A stretch of DNA of 54,656 bases, from IMG/VR virus record IMGVR_UViG_3300037518_000672, positions 1 through 54,656 of that record. The stretch is one strand, 5' to 3'. This document shows positions 1-9,344 of the stretch, in pieces (the stretch's first letter is position 1; each line of letters starts with the position of its first letter). A program made the position numbers and the translations under genes. The stretch comes from a virus (taxonomy: Duplodnaviria; Caudoviricetes). The notes under the pieces were generated by a model. It was given only the letters and a program-made list of their open reading frames with translations. It had not been told where the DNA came from and did no database searches.

Positions 1-127
1 ATTTCAAAGAGATCGATTTGGGTGAGGCCGGCCGGGTGTTCGTCTCCACCTCGGAGCGGATCACCGTCTCGCCCGAGCTGGCCCTGGAAACGCTGGGGCC
101 AAAACTGGCCGCCAAAATCATCCAGAT
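1..127. repeat. Terminal direct repeat (circular assembly overlap), left copy
   Basis: Identical to 54530-54656. A length of 127 nt is typical of a k-mer overlap, and an ORF reads through the join. Confidence 0.95.
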
Positions 128-263
128 TAAAAAGAGCGTGCCCAATAATTTAATCAAGGCATTTTTTGAGGTTGGCGACATTTGCGAAGGCCAGCGGGAT
201 GACCTGCTGGCCAAGGCCGAGAAAACGTCGGTGACCAGCCTTTACGTGAGGCCGCTCAATTGA
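1..263 (+). CDS. 3' part of a hypothetical protein spanning the circular junction (starts at 54409)
   Basis: Frame is continuous with MARVTAKQLREK... from ATG 54409. Confidence 0.75.
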   Translation, partial: FKEIDLGEAGRVFVSTSERITVSPELALETLGPKLAAKIIQIKKSVPNNLIKAFFEVGDICEGQRDDLLAKAEKTSVTSLYVRPLN

Positions 264-541
264 CCGACAATCTCTGGAGCTACAACCAATACGCAGTCAT
301 GCAGGAACTGGCCAGGGCACCCGAAGAAATCGACGACGGGCTGCCCACCGGCCGGGAGGTGGGGCTAAGTTTGCTCTACTCCCGCAAGGCGTTACTAGCC
401 CTGGCCGGGGCAGCGATCACTATCGTGGCCCACTATCTCGGGCTGCCGGCAGCGGTATGGGCGGCCATCGATGCCCTCTTGATCACGGTCATCGCCGGGA
501 TCGCTTACGAGGATGGGGCGGAGAAATCCGCTTCGAGGTGA
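260..541 (+). CDS. Small membrane protein, two TM helices (holin-like candidate)
   Basis: Two hydrophobic segments; overlaps the upstream stop codon. Confidence 0.5.
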   Translation: MTDNLWSYNQYAVMQELARAPEEIDDGLPTGREVGLSLLYSRKALLALAGAAITIVAHYLGLPAAVWAAIDALLITVIAGIAYEDGAEKSASR

Positions 542-956
542 TGTGGTATCTCTGCAAGATCGGTTTCGGGCTGGCCAACGGCTCAGTCGCAGCGAGCAGG
601 TCGAGGTCCGATTAGATCTAATCGAGCTCCGGTTAACGGAGTTCGAGGTGGCAGTCTGGAAAAAACTCGAACTGAAAGACCAGCTCGACGAGATGCACGC
701 CAACGCCATCCAAAAGCAGCACACCGAACTGGCCGTGCTGCGGGAGATGATCGAGGAGATCATCTACTGGAGCGCCCAGCGCGAGGTCACCAGCCGGGAT
801 TTGATCCGCCAATATACGCAGAGCCTCAATATTTTAGAGCAGCAACGCGCCAAATTCGGCAGCCTGCACGTGCCGGTCCACATCGAGACCCAGATCATCG
901 AGATCAAGGACCGGTTAGCCGAGCTCCACCAGGAGCTTCTTAACGAGAAAAAATAG
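513..956 (+). CDS. Hypothetical coiled-coil protein
   Basis: Tightly packed ORF with helical heptad character. Confidence 0.6.
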   Translation: MGRRNPLRGDVVSLQDRFRAGQRLSRSEQVEVRLDLIELRLTEFEVAVWKKLELKDQLDEMHANAIQKQHTELAVLREMIEEIIYWSAQREVTSRDLIRQYTQSLNILEQQRAKFGSLHVPVHIETQIIEIKDRLAELHQELLNEKK

Positions 957-1241
957 ATGCACAACACCACCAAAATCCTGGACGTGATCATCAGCACCAT
1001 CTGCCTGGCCTGGTCGGCCGTCACCGCCTGGCGTTTGCTCAGGGGGAACAAGGCCAACGGGTTGACGATGGCTCTGGCGGCGCTGTTCACTACCATCGGC
1101 CTGGCCTGCGCCTGGTCGGTCTGGTTCATCTGGCGGATCAAAACACGTTACGAGTTACTGATCGTGCCCCACATTTTCGGCATGATCAGTCTGGCGATTG
1201 TCCTGGAGTGGCTAAATAGCGAGTGGGAGAAGAATGAATAA
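957..1241 (+). CDS. Small membrane protein, three TM helices
   Basis: Three hydrophobic stretches; abuts both neighbours. Confidence 0.6.
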   Translation: MHNTTKILDVIISTICLAWSAVTAWRLLRGNKANGLTMALAALFTTIGLACAWSVWFIWRIKTRYELLIVPHIFGMISLAIVLEWLNSEWEKNE

Positions 1242-1764
1242 AAAGGCGCTGACGGATCGATTTAGAGTCACGAGCAAACATATGTCCGCCATCTCAGCCG
1301 AGCTGGCCCGGGCCGACCGGAAGCTGGGCCAGGCGGGCAATGGTCTCGAATTCCTGTTTTCCAAGCTGATGAAGATCAGGGTCGAGGAGGCCGAACCGCT
1401 CCGGGAAAATTTCGACACATTGCGGGATCAATTGGCGGCGGCGCTGATTACCCAGACCGCCGTGCGCGACAAAATGGTCGCGCTGTTCGGCAAAGTCGAG
1501 GCGATGATCGGGCACGGTTTCGAGGCGTCCGAGTTGTTCGTCGAGGCCCGGCACCAGATCAGCCAGACTATGACGGACCTGGTCAAACTCCGGGGCGACC
1601 ACGACAGCACGGCCACGATCATGACCTCACTGCTAGAGGATGAGGCTTGCCAGAAGCTGCTGGCCTCGGATCCGGCTGCCAGCAGCCGCATCCTGGAGTT
1701 GATCGGCCCCGAGCGGGTGGCCGCCTGGCTAACGAAAACCAACGATGAACGCCCTCCGGCCTGA
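1234..1764 (+). CDS. Hypothetical helical protein
   Basis: Overlapping operon ORF with GGGAG RBS. Confidence 0.65.
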   Translation: MNKKALTDRFRVTSKHMSAISAELARADRKLGQAGNGLEFLFSKLMKIRVEEAEPLRENFDTLRDQLAAALITQTAVRDKMVALFGKVEAMIGHGFEASELFVEARHQISQTMTDLVKLRGDHDSTATIMTSLLEDEACQKLLASDPAASSRILELIGPERVAAWLTKTNDERPPA

Positions 1765-2404
1765 GCTGATCATCGGCGAGCGCCAACCACGCGAGAGCCA
1801 GAAGGCGGTTCAAGCCTGCAACGATTACTTGCGCCTCGGCCCAGGCCGCAGCCTGGCCAAGCTCCTCGACCGGTACCGGGCCGGGGCTGAAGCGCCACCA
1901 ACCAGACGCCTCAACACCCTAAAGGGCTGGTCGGGCCAATTCGAGTGGCAAATCCGGGCGGCAGCCTACGAGGCCGGCCTCGAACGCGAGAAAAACGAGC
2001 ACGTGACGGCCATCATGCAGTCAGGCCTGGCCCTGGTCCACGAGCGAGTGGTGGCTCTCAAGGAGCTGGTCCACCGGCTGGCCGGCCAGCTCTTCGAGAT
2101 CGACCCGGAGACGGGCGAGATAATTGATTTCAACCAGGATCATTTGTGGCTGCCGGATGTAAAAACGGTCGGGTTCGGGGAAGACGCCGAGCGGGTGAAT
2201 ATCGTCCGATTTAATAAGGCGATCCTCGAGCAGTACCGGCTCATCCTGGACGACCTGGCCAAGGAAACCGGCGGCCGGCGGCAGATGCGCGAAAACCTGA
2301 ACCTTGACCTGACCAAGCTGAGCGACGATCAACTCGAACGGATCGCGGCCGGAGAAGATCCATTGAATGTCATTTTATCAACAGCGGGCCGCGGCGGAAC
2401 GTGA
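1745..2404 (+). CDS. Terminase small subunit-like protein
   Basis: N-terminal HTH-like YLRLGPGRSLAKL...W..RAAAY; C-terminal DLTKLSDDQLERI; lies directly before terL. Confidence 0.65.
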   Translation: MNALRPELIIGERQPRESQKAVQACNDYLRLGPGRSLAKLLDRYRAGAEAPPTRRLNTLKGWSGQFEWQIRAAAYEAGLEREKNEHVTAIMQSGLALVHERVVALKELVHRLAGQLFEIDPETGEIIDFNQDHLWLPDVKTVGFGEDAERVNIVRFNKAILEQYRLILDDLAKETGGRRQMRENLNLDLTKLSDDQLERIAAGEDPLNVILSTAGRGGT

Positions 2405-3899
2405 GCGCCGCCGCCGGCAACAGACCAAAACCTCCCTCGCCGAACTCTACCGGGCTGACCCGGAGGGCTACGCCCGGGACGTTTTAGGGGTCACCTGGTG
2501 GGCCAAACAAATCGAGGTAGCCCGGCTACTCCTGACCCCGCCCTACCGGGTGCTAGTCAAGGCGAGCCACAAGATCGGCAAAACCCACCTCGGCGGCGGC
2601 CTGGTCAACTGGTGGTACGACGTTCACGATCCGGGGCTAACCCTGACCACGGCCCCCAACGTCAGGCAGGTCAAGGATCTACTCTGGAAAGAAGTCCGGG
2701 TTCAGCGCGGCGGTCGCGGTGGCTTTCCCGGCCCGAAGGCGGCCCGGCTAGAAAGCAGCCCGGATCATTTCGCCCACGGCTTCACGGCCCGCGACGGCGA
2801 AAGTTTTCAGGGCAATCACGGCCCGCACGTTTTTATCATCTTCGACGAGGCCGTGGGGGTCGACTCGATATTTTGGGAAACGGCCGAGTCGATGTTCAGC
2901 GGTGAGGGCCACGCCTGGCTGGCTATTTTCAACCCGACCGACACCAGCTCCCAGGCCTATGCCGAGGAGTTGAGCGGCGGTTGGCACTCGGTGACGATCT
3001 CGGCCCTGGAGCATCCCAACATCATCGCCGAGCTGAAGGGCGAGCCGCCGCCGTTCCCGGCCGCCATGCGGCTGGCCAGGGTCGAGTATCTGCTCGGCAA
3101 ATGGTGCCGGCCGGTCGAGGGCAAGCCCAAGGCCACCGACATCGAGTGGCCACCGGGCAGCGGCCAGTATTTGCGACCGGGGCCAATTGCGGAGGCCCGG
3201 CTGCTGGGCCGGTGGCCCTCGCAGGCCACCTACAACGTCTGGAGCGATGCGGTCTGGAGCGAGGCCGAGCTACTGCTCCTGCCGGAGCCGAAAGACAAGC
3301 CGTGCGAGATCGGCTGCGACGTGGCGAGATTTGGCGACGACTTCACCACGATCCACGTTCGGCGCGGCCCGGTCTCGCTGCACCACGAGAGCGTCAATGG
3401 CCGGTCCACCAGCGGGACCGCCGGCCGGCTAAAACAGGTGGCCGACCAGTGGGGCCGGCACTGCGGCCTCGACGGCAAGCGGCTCCTGGTCAAAGTGGAC
3501 GATGACGGCGTTGGCGGCGGGGTGACCGACCAGCGGGGCGATTACAATTTTGTGCCCGTCTCCGGAGCCGGCACCGCGATGGAGCCGGAGGATTATCCCA
3601 ATCGCCGCAGCGAGCTCTGGTTCGCCGTGGCCGAACGGGCCGAGGAGGGCCGCTTGAGCCTGGTCCGGCTGCCAGCAGAGGTACGGCGCGAATTGCGCCG
3701 GCAGGCGATGGCCCCGGTCTGGAAAGTCGATAGCGAGGGCCGGCGGGTGGTCGAGCCAAAAGAGGCCACCAAGAAACGCCTCAAGCGCTCGCCAGACGAC
3801 CTGGACGCCCTAAACCTGGCCTACGCGCCGCCTGGCCACGCGGTTCAAATCCTGGAACATTACCGGCGCAGAGCCGAAGGAACAAAAACCGATGCCTGA
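2367..3899 (+). CDS. terL: Terminase large subunit
   Basis: Walker A-like ASHKIGKT, Walker B IIFDEA, FNP coupling motif, RNase H-like IGCDVARFGDD and SPDDLDAL. Confidence 0.93.
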   Translation: MSFYQQRAAAERERRRRQQTKTSLAELYRADPEGYARDVLGVTWWAKQIEVARLLLTPPYRVLVKASHKIGKTHLGGGLVNWWYDVHDPGLTLTTAPNVRQVKDLLWKEVRVQRGGRGGFPGPKAARLESSPDHFAHGFTARDGESFQGNHGPHVFIIFDEAVGVDSIFWETAESMFSGEGHAWLAIFNPTDTSSQAYAEELSGGWHSVTISALEHPNIIAELKGEPPPFPAAMRLARVEYLLGKWCRPVEGKPKATDIEWPPGSGQYLRPGPIAEARLLGRWPSQATYNVWSDAVWSEAELLLLPEPKDKPCEIGCDVARFGDDFTTIHVRRGPVSLHHESVNGRSTSGTAGRLKQVADQWGRHCGLDGKRLLVKVDDDGVGGGVTDQRGDYNFVPVSGAGTAMEPEDYPNRRSELWFAVAERAEEGRLSLVRLPAEVRRELRRQAMAPVWKVDSEGRRVVEPKEATKKRLKRSPDDLDALNLAYAPPGHAVQILEHYRRRAEGTKTDA

Positions 3900-5811
3900 C
3901 ATTCCCCGAGGTACCACCGTCATAGATCTCCGCGAGGGAGCCAAACGCATCAGCGGGGCCTGGAACGCCCTGCTGGGCCGCCGCTTTGGCCCAGGCCTGC
4001 CCCTCTCGCCCACCACCGGCCAGGAGGAGCAGACCCAGGGACCCCGCCAGTATCAATACCCGGTCGGGGTCAACACCAACTTCATCCCTCGCCGAGACGG
4101 GACCGCCGGCACGCTGACCCCCTTTGAGCAGCTGCGCAACCTGGCCGCGCTCTACGACGTGGCCGCCATGTGCATCGCCACCCGGATCGAGGAGATGCAG
4201 GGCCTGGAGTGGGCGGTGGTGCCTAAAGACAAAAAACGCCAGGAGGAGTTGCAAGACGAGTGTGACGCGGCCACCGATTTTATGCAGCAGCCGGACAAGC
4301 TCAACAAATTCGATGCCTGGCTGGGCATGCTCTTGTACGACCTGTTCAGCATCGACGCCCCGAGCATCTACAAGCGGCTCGACCGGGCCGGTCGGCTGCA
4401 CGCCCTGGAGATCATCGATGGCTCGACGATCAAACCGCTCCTTGATGAGCGGGGCCGGGCGGTGGCCTACCAGCAAATCCTGTACGGCTCACCGGCCAGC
4501 CAATACCGGCGCGAGGGCACCGACGCCCCGGATGAGGAGCTGCCGATCTACGCTCCCCACGAGCTGATCTATCGACCTCGCTGGACCCGCACCTTTACCC
4601 CCTACGGTTTCCCGCCGACCGAGTGGATCATCCTCCGGGTCAACACCGCCTTGCGCAAGCAGGCGTTTGACCTGGCCTATTTCACCGACGGCAACATCCC
4701 CGATATGATCGCCACCCCGCCGGGCGACGCCAAAAACGGCGGCAACCTCAGCCCGGAGCAGGTCGAGCAATTCGAGGAATGGTTTAACGCCATGCTCGAA
4801 GGCAACGACGCGGCCCGGCGCAAGGTCCGGTTTTTGCCCTGGAACATGAACATGAAGGAGTTGCGGCCGTTTAACTATGAGACGATCCTAGACGAGTGGA
4901 TGCTACGGGTCACCTGCGCCGCCTACAGCGTACCGCCCCAGGAACTCGGCTTCACCAACGACGTCAACAAAGGGACCGCCGAGTTGCAGGAGGCCGTCAA
5001 CCAGCGCAAGGGCTTGAAGCCCTTGGCCAATTGGCTCAAGAAAAACTTCTTTAACGATTTTATCCAGCAAGACCTGGCCGCGGCCTGGGGGCCGGGCCGA
5101 CCCGACCAGGCCCTCAGCCTGCCCGGCCAACCGACCCGACCCCCGACCAACCCCTTCAAGCTGGTCGAGTGGGGCTGGCAATTCGGCGATGACGACGACA
5201 AACAAACCCAGGCGGCCACCGACCAGATCTACCACGCCATCGGGGCCGTCTCGGCCAACGAGATCCGGGTGATGCGCTTTGGCGATATCCTCGACGGCGA
5301 CGGACCAGGCGCGCTGGGCATAACCACAACCACGCCGGCCCCGGAGGAGCCAACCCCTCATCAGGTTCGGGATGCAACCCCTGAGCCGGCAGACGCGCCA
5401 CCGGCCGAAGACGCGGTTCAGCCCGCGCCGCCGGTCGCCGCTCGGCCGCCAGAGGTCGACTCCCGGCTGGCTCTCAACGGCGCTCAGGTGCAGGCCGCCC
5501 TGGACATTATGACCCAGGTGCAGGCCGGCCAGTTGGGCTATGAGGCGGCCCGAAATGCCCTCCAGATTTTCTTCAATCTCAGCCCGGAGCAGGCCGAGCG
5601 ATTATTAGCGGCGGGGGCCGACGGCCTGACGGTGACCGAGAAGCTGGCCAAGGCCAGCACTGCCAACGGGCTGGGAGACGACGATCCACTGATCGCGGTC
5701 AAAGGCGAGCAGGCCGAGGCCCTGAAGGGGAAGCTGCTGGAGTATTTCGGCGGGTTGCAGCAGCGGATCGAGAGCGATCCGCCCCGCTCAGGGGGCGACA
5801 ATGCCACCTGA
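3892..5811 (+). CDS. Portal protein with C-terminal extension
   Basis: Follows terL; portal-like motifs (IDGSTIKP, YGFPPTE, YFTDGNIP, AAYSVPPQELG). Confidence 0.88.
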   Translation: MPDIPRGTTVIDLREGAKRISGAWNALLGRRFGPGLPLSPTTGQEEQTQGPRQYQYPVGVNTNFIPRRDGTAGTLTPFEQLRNLAALYDVAAMCIATRIEEMQGLEWAVVPKDKKRQEELQDECDAATDFMQQPDKLNKFDAWLGMLLYDLFSIDAPSIYKRLDRAGRLHALEIIDGSTIKPLLDERGRAVAYQQILYGSPASQYRREGTDAPDEELPIYAPHELIYRPRWTRTFTPYGFPPTEWIILRVNTALRKQAFDLAYFTDGNIPDMIATPPGDAKNGGNLSPEQVEQFEEWFNAMLEGNDAARRKVRFLPWNMNMKELRPFNYETILDEWMLRVTCAAYSVPPQELGFTNDVNKGTAELQEAVNQRKGLKPLANWLKKNFFNDFIQQDLAAAWGPGRPDQALSLPGQPTRPPTNPFKLVEWGWQFGDDDDKQTQAATDQIYHAIGAVSANEIRVMRFGDILDGDGPGALGITTTTPAPEEPTPHQVRDATPEPADAPPAEDAVQPAPPVAARPPEVDSRLALNGAQVQAALDIMTQVQAGQLGYEAARNALQIFFNLSPEQAERLLAAGADGLTVTEKLAKASTANGLGDDDPLIAVKGEQAEALKGKLLEYFGGLQQRIESDPPRSGGDNAT

Positions 5812-6439
5812 TTTTTGGGAGCGAGAGCGAGAGCGACTGCTCGAATTACTGTTCCCGGAGTTGGCGGAGCTGGCCCGGGCCGGGGTCGAGGCCGCGGCCG
5901 AGAAGATCGAGGCGGTGGCCCAGGCGGCTGCGGCCGGCTTCAACCCTACTCTGAGCCACCGGGCCGCGGCCGCCTGGGCCAGAGGGCGGGCCACCGAGCT
6001 GGTCGAGCTGCTCGACGAGACTACTACCAAATCGGTCAACAGTCTCCTGGCTCGCTGGATCGAAACACCCGGCTCGCAACTGGGCGACCTGGTGGAGGAG
6101 CTGACCCCGATCCTGAGCGGCAACGTGGCCCGGGCCGAGCTGATCGCCACCACCGAAACGACCACCGCCTACGCCGAGGGGGAGGCCATCGTCTACCGCG
6201 AGGCCGGGATCCCGGAGCCGGTCTTCAAGCCGGCGGCGCACCCGCGCTGCCGCTGTTGGACCAGTGTACAGCGGGTTCAGGGAAAATTCGTGGTAGTCTG
6301 GCAAACCAACCGCGACGAGCTGGTCTGCGAGGAGCCGATCCAAACGCCCTGGGGCGTCGTCGAGGGCTGCAAAGAGTTGCACACGATGGTCATCTCCGAG
6401 GGGGAGTGGCTGGGCCGGAAGGTGGCCTCACTTGGCTGA
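5801..6439 (+). CDS. Minor head morphogenesis protein (MuF/SPP1 gp7-like)
   Basis: RAELIATTET and AHPRCRC motifs; follows the portal gene. Confidence 0.8.
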   Translation: MPPDFWERERERLLELLFPELAELARAGVEAAAEKIEAVAQAAAAGFNPTLSHRAAAAWARGRATELVELLDETTTKSVNSLLARWIETPGSQLGDLVEELTPILSGNVARAELIATTETTTAYAEGEAIVYREAGIPEPVFKPAAHPRCRCWTSVQRVQGKFVVVWQTNRDELVCEEPIQTPWGVVEGCKELHTMVISEGEWLGRKVASLG

Positions 6440-6935
6440 GATAGACATCAAGGGCCTCCAAGAGTTTGTTGCGGCCATCCAGCGATCGCCGGAGACGGCG
6501 GCGCCGGTCCTGAAAGAGGCCATCGAGCGGGCCCTGCTGCTGGTGGAGGGCGTAGTCAAACAGTACCCGCCGCAGCCGGCCCGGGACCGGGCCAAAACTT
6601 TCAACACCTACGTCCGGGGCCGGGGACATTACCCGCTCTCCGCGTTCAACAGAGGGGGAAAACTCAAACGCGGAGCCAAGCGAGACCCCACCATTCGGCT
6701 GACCTCGGAGCGACTGGGCACGAAATGGACCCACCAGGTCGATTTCGACCAGACCGGGGCTGTCGGCGAGATTGGCAACACGACCAGCTACGCCGACGAG
6801 GTGCAGGGGGAAGGCCAGGCCGATTTTCACGCCGAGACCGGCTGGCCCACCCTGCCGGCCGCGATGGACCAGCAGGAGCAGAATATTTATGACATTTTGG
6901 AGTTGGCCCTGAATGAGATCTTAAAAAAATTATAG
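6432..6935 (+). CDS. Virion morphogenesis protein (HK97 gp10-like)
   Basis: IDIKGLQEF N-terminus and IGNTTSYA motif. Confidence 0.55.
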   Translation: MAEIDIKGLQEFVAAIQRSPETAAPVLKEAIERALLLVEGVVKQYPPQPARDRAKTFNTYVRGRGHYPLSAFNRGGKLKRGAKRDPTIRLTSERLGTKWTHQVDFDQTGAVGEIGNTTSYADEVQGEGQADFHAETGWPTLPAAMDQQEQNIYDILELALNEILKKL

Positions 6936-6953
6936 ATTAGCCAGGAGGAAAAA

Positions 6954-7136
6954 ATGATTAACGAGTTACTGGAAAGTAAAAAGTTTTGGATGATGGTGGT
7001 CGGGCTGGTGATTATCGCCACCAATCGCTACGGGTTGGAGCTGGACGCCGACCAACTCTTCGGCGTAGCCCTGACCATCGTGGGCTACTTGACCGGCCAG
7101 GGCCTGGCCGATTTCAGCAAAGAGAAGCAGCCGTAG
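6954..7136 (+). CDS. Small two-TM protein (holin-like)
   Basis: SKKFW-hydrophobic...GQGLADF; strong AGGAGG RBS. Confidence 0.6.
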   Translation: MINELLESKKFWMMVVGLVIIATNRYGLELDADQLFGVALTIVGYLTGQGLADFSKEKQP

Positions 7137-7148
7137 CGGAGGCTAAAT

Positions 7149-7697
7149 ATGCAATCATACGAACCAATGAACGTACTCCCGAATGAATTTCAGCGGGACT
7201 GGCAAGCGGAGTTGCGGCCGGCGGAGGACCACCCGGCCGGGGTGTTTCGGCTGGTGGCGATCAGACGAACGGAGGGCGGAGGCTTCGAGGGGCAGCGGGT
7301 GACGGTGCTGCTGCTCGATGAGGATGGGCAGGCGCTGCCGAGCGTGCCGGTAGCCTTCAGCTATTCCACGGCCCGGCAGTATATTGTGGGGCCAGAGTTC
7401 ACCTGGCGGCCACCCACGCCCCGCCGGGCCGATGTGTTTGCAACCCAGGGCGGGGGACAGATCGACCACGTCCAAGGCAGCGTGGTCAAGGCCGGTCAAC
7501 CAGGTGGGATCACGGCGTATGTGTTATCGCCGCTGTACGCCAGCGATGTGGTTAGCGGGCTGGGCATGCTGGCCGACCACTCTGGCGTTCACCTGACCTT
7601 CCAGTTGCGGCGGGTGGGGGTGGTGCCGCTGGGGGAGCGCCTGGCCAGCATCGAGGCGCGGCTGGCGGCGCTGGAAGCGGGGGGCAACCCCGCGTAG
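7149..7697 (+). CDS. Hypothetical protein (beta-rich, C-terminal coiled coil)
   Basis: GGAGG RBS; follows the holin-like gene. Confidence 0.65.
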   Translation: MQSYEPMNVLPNEFQRDWQAELRPAEDHPAGVFRLVAIRRTEGGGFEGQRVTVLLLDEDGQALPSVPVAFSYSTARQYIVGPEFTWRPPTPRRADVFATQGGGQIDHVQGSVVKAGQPGGITAYVLSPLYASDVVSGLGMLADHSGVHLTFQLRRVGVVPLGERLASIEARLAALEAGGNPA

Positions 7698-7700
7698 ATT

Positions 7701-7892
7701 TTACCTTCGCCTTGGGTCCCTCGGCGCTCTTCCTTCGTTGCGGGATTTGTAGTCTTCCAGGCTGGCCGGGTCAATCATCCAGGCCGGGCCAAACTTCTCC
7801 GCCTTGATTGAGCCGCGCTTGATCAGGCGAATGATCGTGAATGAGTTAACGCCTAAAAAATCTGCGGCCTGCTGCCTTGTCATTGGTTTCAA
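7701..7892 (-). CDS. Excisionase-like HTH (HTH_17/MerR-like) DNA-binding protein
   Basis: MTRQQAADFLGVNSFTIIRLIKRGSIKAEKFG.W.I; GGAGG 7 nt before TTG 7892 (alternative ATG 7883). Confidence 0.8.
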   Translation of the reverse strand: MKPMTRQQAADFLGVNSFTIIRLIKRGSIKAEKFGPAWMIDPASLEDYKSRNEGRAPRDPRRR

Positions 7893-7904
7893 GATTACCC
7901 CTCC

Positions 7905-8072
7905 CTCCTGACCCACGCGCTCCCCTAACCCACGAGCGCGTGGGGTGAACGACTGCCCCGGCTTTTTAATTTTGAGGAAACCCCCCTGACCCACGCGCTT
8001 GTGGGGCGAACGCCAGGAGGAAAGAAATGGTAAACGAACTATTCCCCTGACCCACGCGCTTGTGGGGCGAAC
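7905..8072 (-). CRISPR. Mini CRISPR-like array: three 29-nt repeats, two 32-nt spacers and a truncated terminal repeat
   Basis: Identical repeats GTTCGCCCCACAAGCGCGTGGGTCAGGGG (- strand) at 8044-8072 and 7983-8011; degenerate copy at 7922-7950; 17-nt remnant at 7905-7921; spacers at 8012-8043 and 7951-7982. Confidence 0.88.
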
Positions 8073-8176
8073 CCCAAACCACGAAGTTCACATTTTCCTG
8101 CTTCATCGCCCCGCTAATGCTAAAGGCTCCACAGGCGTTTAGTTACTCTCCGCCCAGGTAGTACGGCGAGTTTTAT
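8073..8176 (-). ncRNA. TnpB omega-RNA (reRNA) scaffold, possibly acting as tracrRNA
   Basis: Directly 3' of the tnpB stop; contains GCCTGTGGAG (8136-8127) and GATGAAGCAGGAA (8107-8095), typical of tnpB-downstream RNAs; boundaries approximate. Confidence 0.7.
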
Positions 8177-9337
8177 TCATCCTTCCCCTAAAATCCTCAG
8201 CGCTTCATCCCGAATGTTGAGCGCCGCGTTGCCGTCTCTATGGTTGATTGTTCCGCAGCCTTCGCAGGGCCATTCGCGGTCGGATAGCTTCAAGTCGGCT
8301 TTAATCCAACCGCAAACGTTGCACGCTTTTGAAGAACAAAACCACTGGCCAACCGGAACAACTATGCCGCCATTCCAGGCCGCCTTGTACTCCAATTGTC
8401 TACGCTTCTCAAACATCGCCGCATCACTCACCGCTTTTGCCAGGTGGCGATTTTTCACCATCCCTTTAACATTCAAGGTTTCAACCCCGATAATCCCGTA
8501 ATCTCTGGCGATTTGGGTGGTCATTTGGTGACTGGCCTCATCGCGGATACAAGCTATTTTATAATGCAGCTTGGCTATTTTTTCCTTCATCTTGAGCCAG
8601 TTCTTTCCACCCTTCTCCATTCGGGCAAAAGAACGTTGTAGCCGTCTTAGCTTGCGCTTCATCTGCTCAGTAGCTTTTGGGTTCTCAAAAATTTGGCCGT
8701 CGCTGGTCACGGCGAGATACTTAACCCCAAGATCAACCCCTACCGCTTCGTCATTGTGGCCCGGTACCTCCTGCTTGACCTCGACCTGCACCGATAGCCA
8801 CCAATGCCCGGCCCGGTAGACGATACGCCCGCCCATCACCTTGCCGTCAAAGCGGAGCGGTTCGGCCATATTGACCCAACCAACGCGGGCCTTGTCAAAC
8901 CAAAATTGGCTATCACTGAAATGCATAATCGCATTGTGTATATAAAATGCCGGGGTTGATTTGTGGCGGCTCTTGAAACGAGGCCAGCCGAACGGCTTGC
9001 CGTCTTTTCGAGGCTTCCAACCGGCAGGCGGCTTTAGCAATCCCTTTTTGTGCTTGTTAAAGAAATTCCTAAATGATTTTTCCAGATCATCAAAAGCCCC
9101 CACCATTGCCCACGACGTAACCTCAGATGCCCAAGGGAATTGCTCCGCTTTGATCGCGTTAAACTCTTCTCTAAGCAGTCGCCCGCTTACCTTTTCTTTT
9201 GCCTCTAACCGGCGGTTATATTCGGCCAAGCCCCAGTTGAAGCAAAATCTAGCGACGCCAGCTGCCCGCCAAAAATAGGCGGCTTGTTCCGGCGTTGGGT
9301 TCAGCCTTATCTTATGAGCTTTAATCACTGTATCCAT
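8177..9337 (-). CDS. tnpB: RNA-guided nuclease TnpB (Cas12f-like), 386 aa, catalytically intact
   Basis: HKIRLNPTPEQ N-terminus; RuvC D (VGVDLG), E (GVETL), D (HRDGNAALNI); CxxC...CxxC Zn finger; ATG 9337 lies 7 nt after a -10 box. Confidence 0.93.
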   Translation of the reverse strand: MDTVIKAHKIRLNPTPEQAAYFWRAAGVARFCFNWGLAEYNRRLEAKEKVSGRLLREEFNAIKAEQFPWASEVTSWAMVGAFDDLEKSFRNFFNKHKKGLLKPPAGWKPRKDGKPFGWPRFKSRHKSTPAFYIHNAIMHFSDSQFWFDKARVGWVNMAEPLRFDGKVMGGRIVYRAGHWWLSVQVEVKQEVPGHNDEAVGVDLGVKYLAVTSDGQIFENPKATEQMKRKLRRLQRSFARMEKGGKNWLKMKEKIAKLHYKIACIRDEASHQMTTQIARDYGIIGVETLNVKGMVKNRHLAKAVSDAAMFEKRRQLEYKAAWNGGIVVPVGQWFCSSKACNVCGWIKADLKLSDREWPCEGCGTINHRDGNAALNIRDEALRILGEG

Positions 9338-9344
9338 AAATCGA

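Noticed and set aside
1-127. Biological terminal repeats of the virion DNA
   Set aside because: The length matches a common assembly k-mer and it falls mid-gene; best read as a circularisation overlap.
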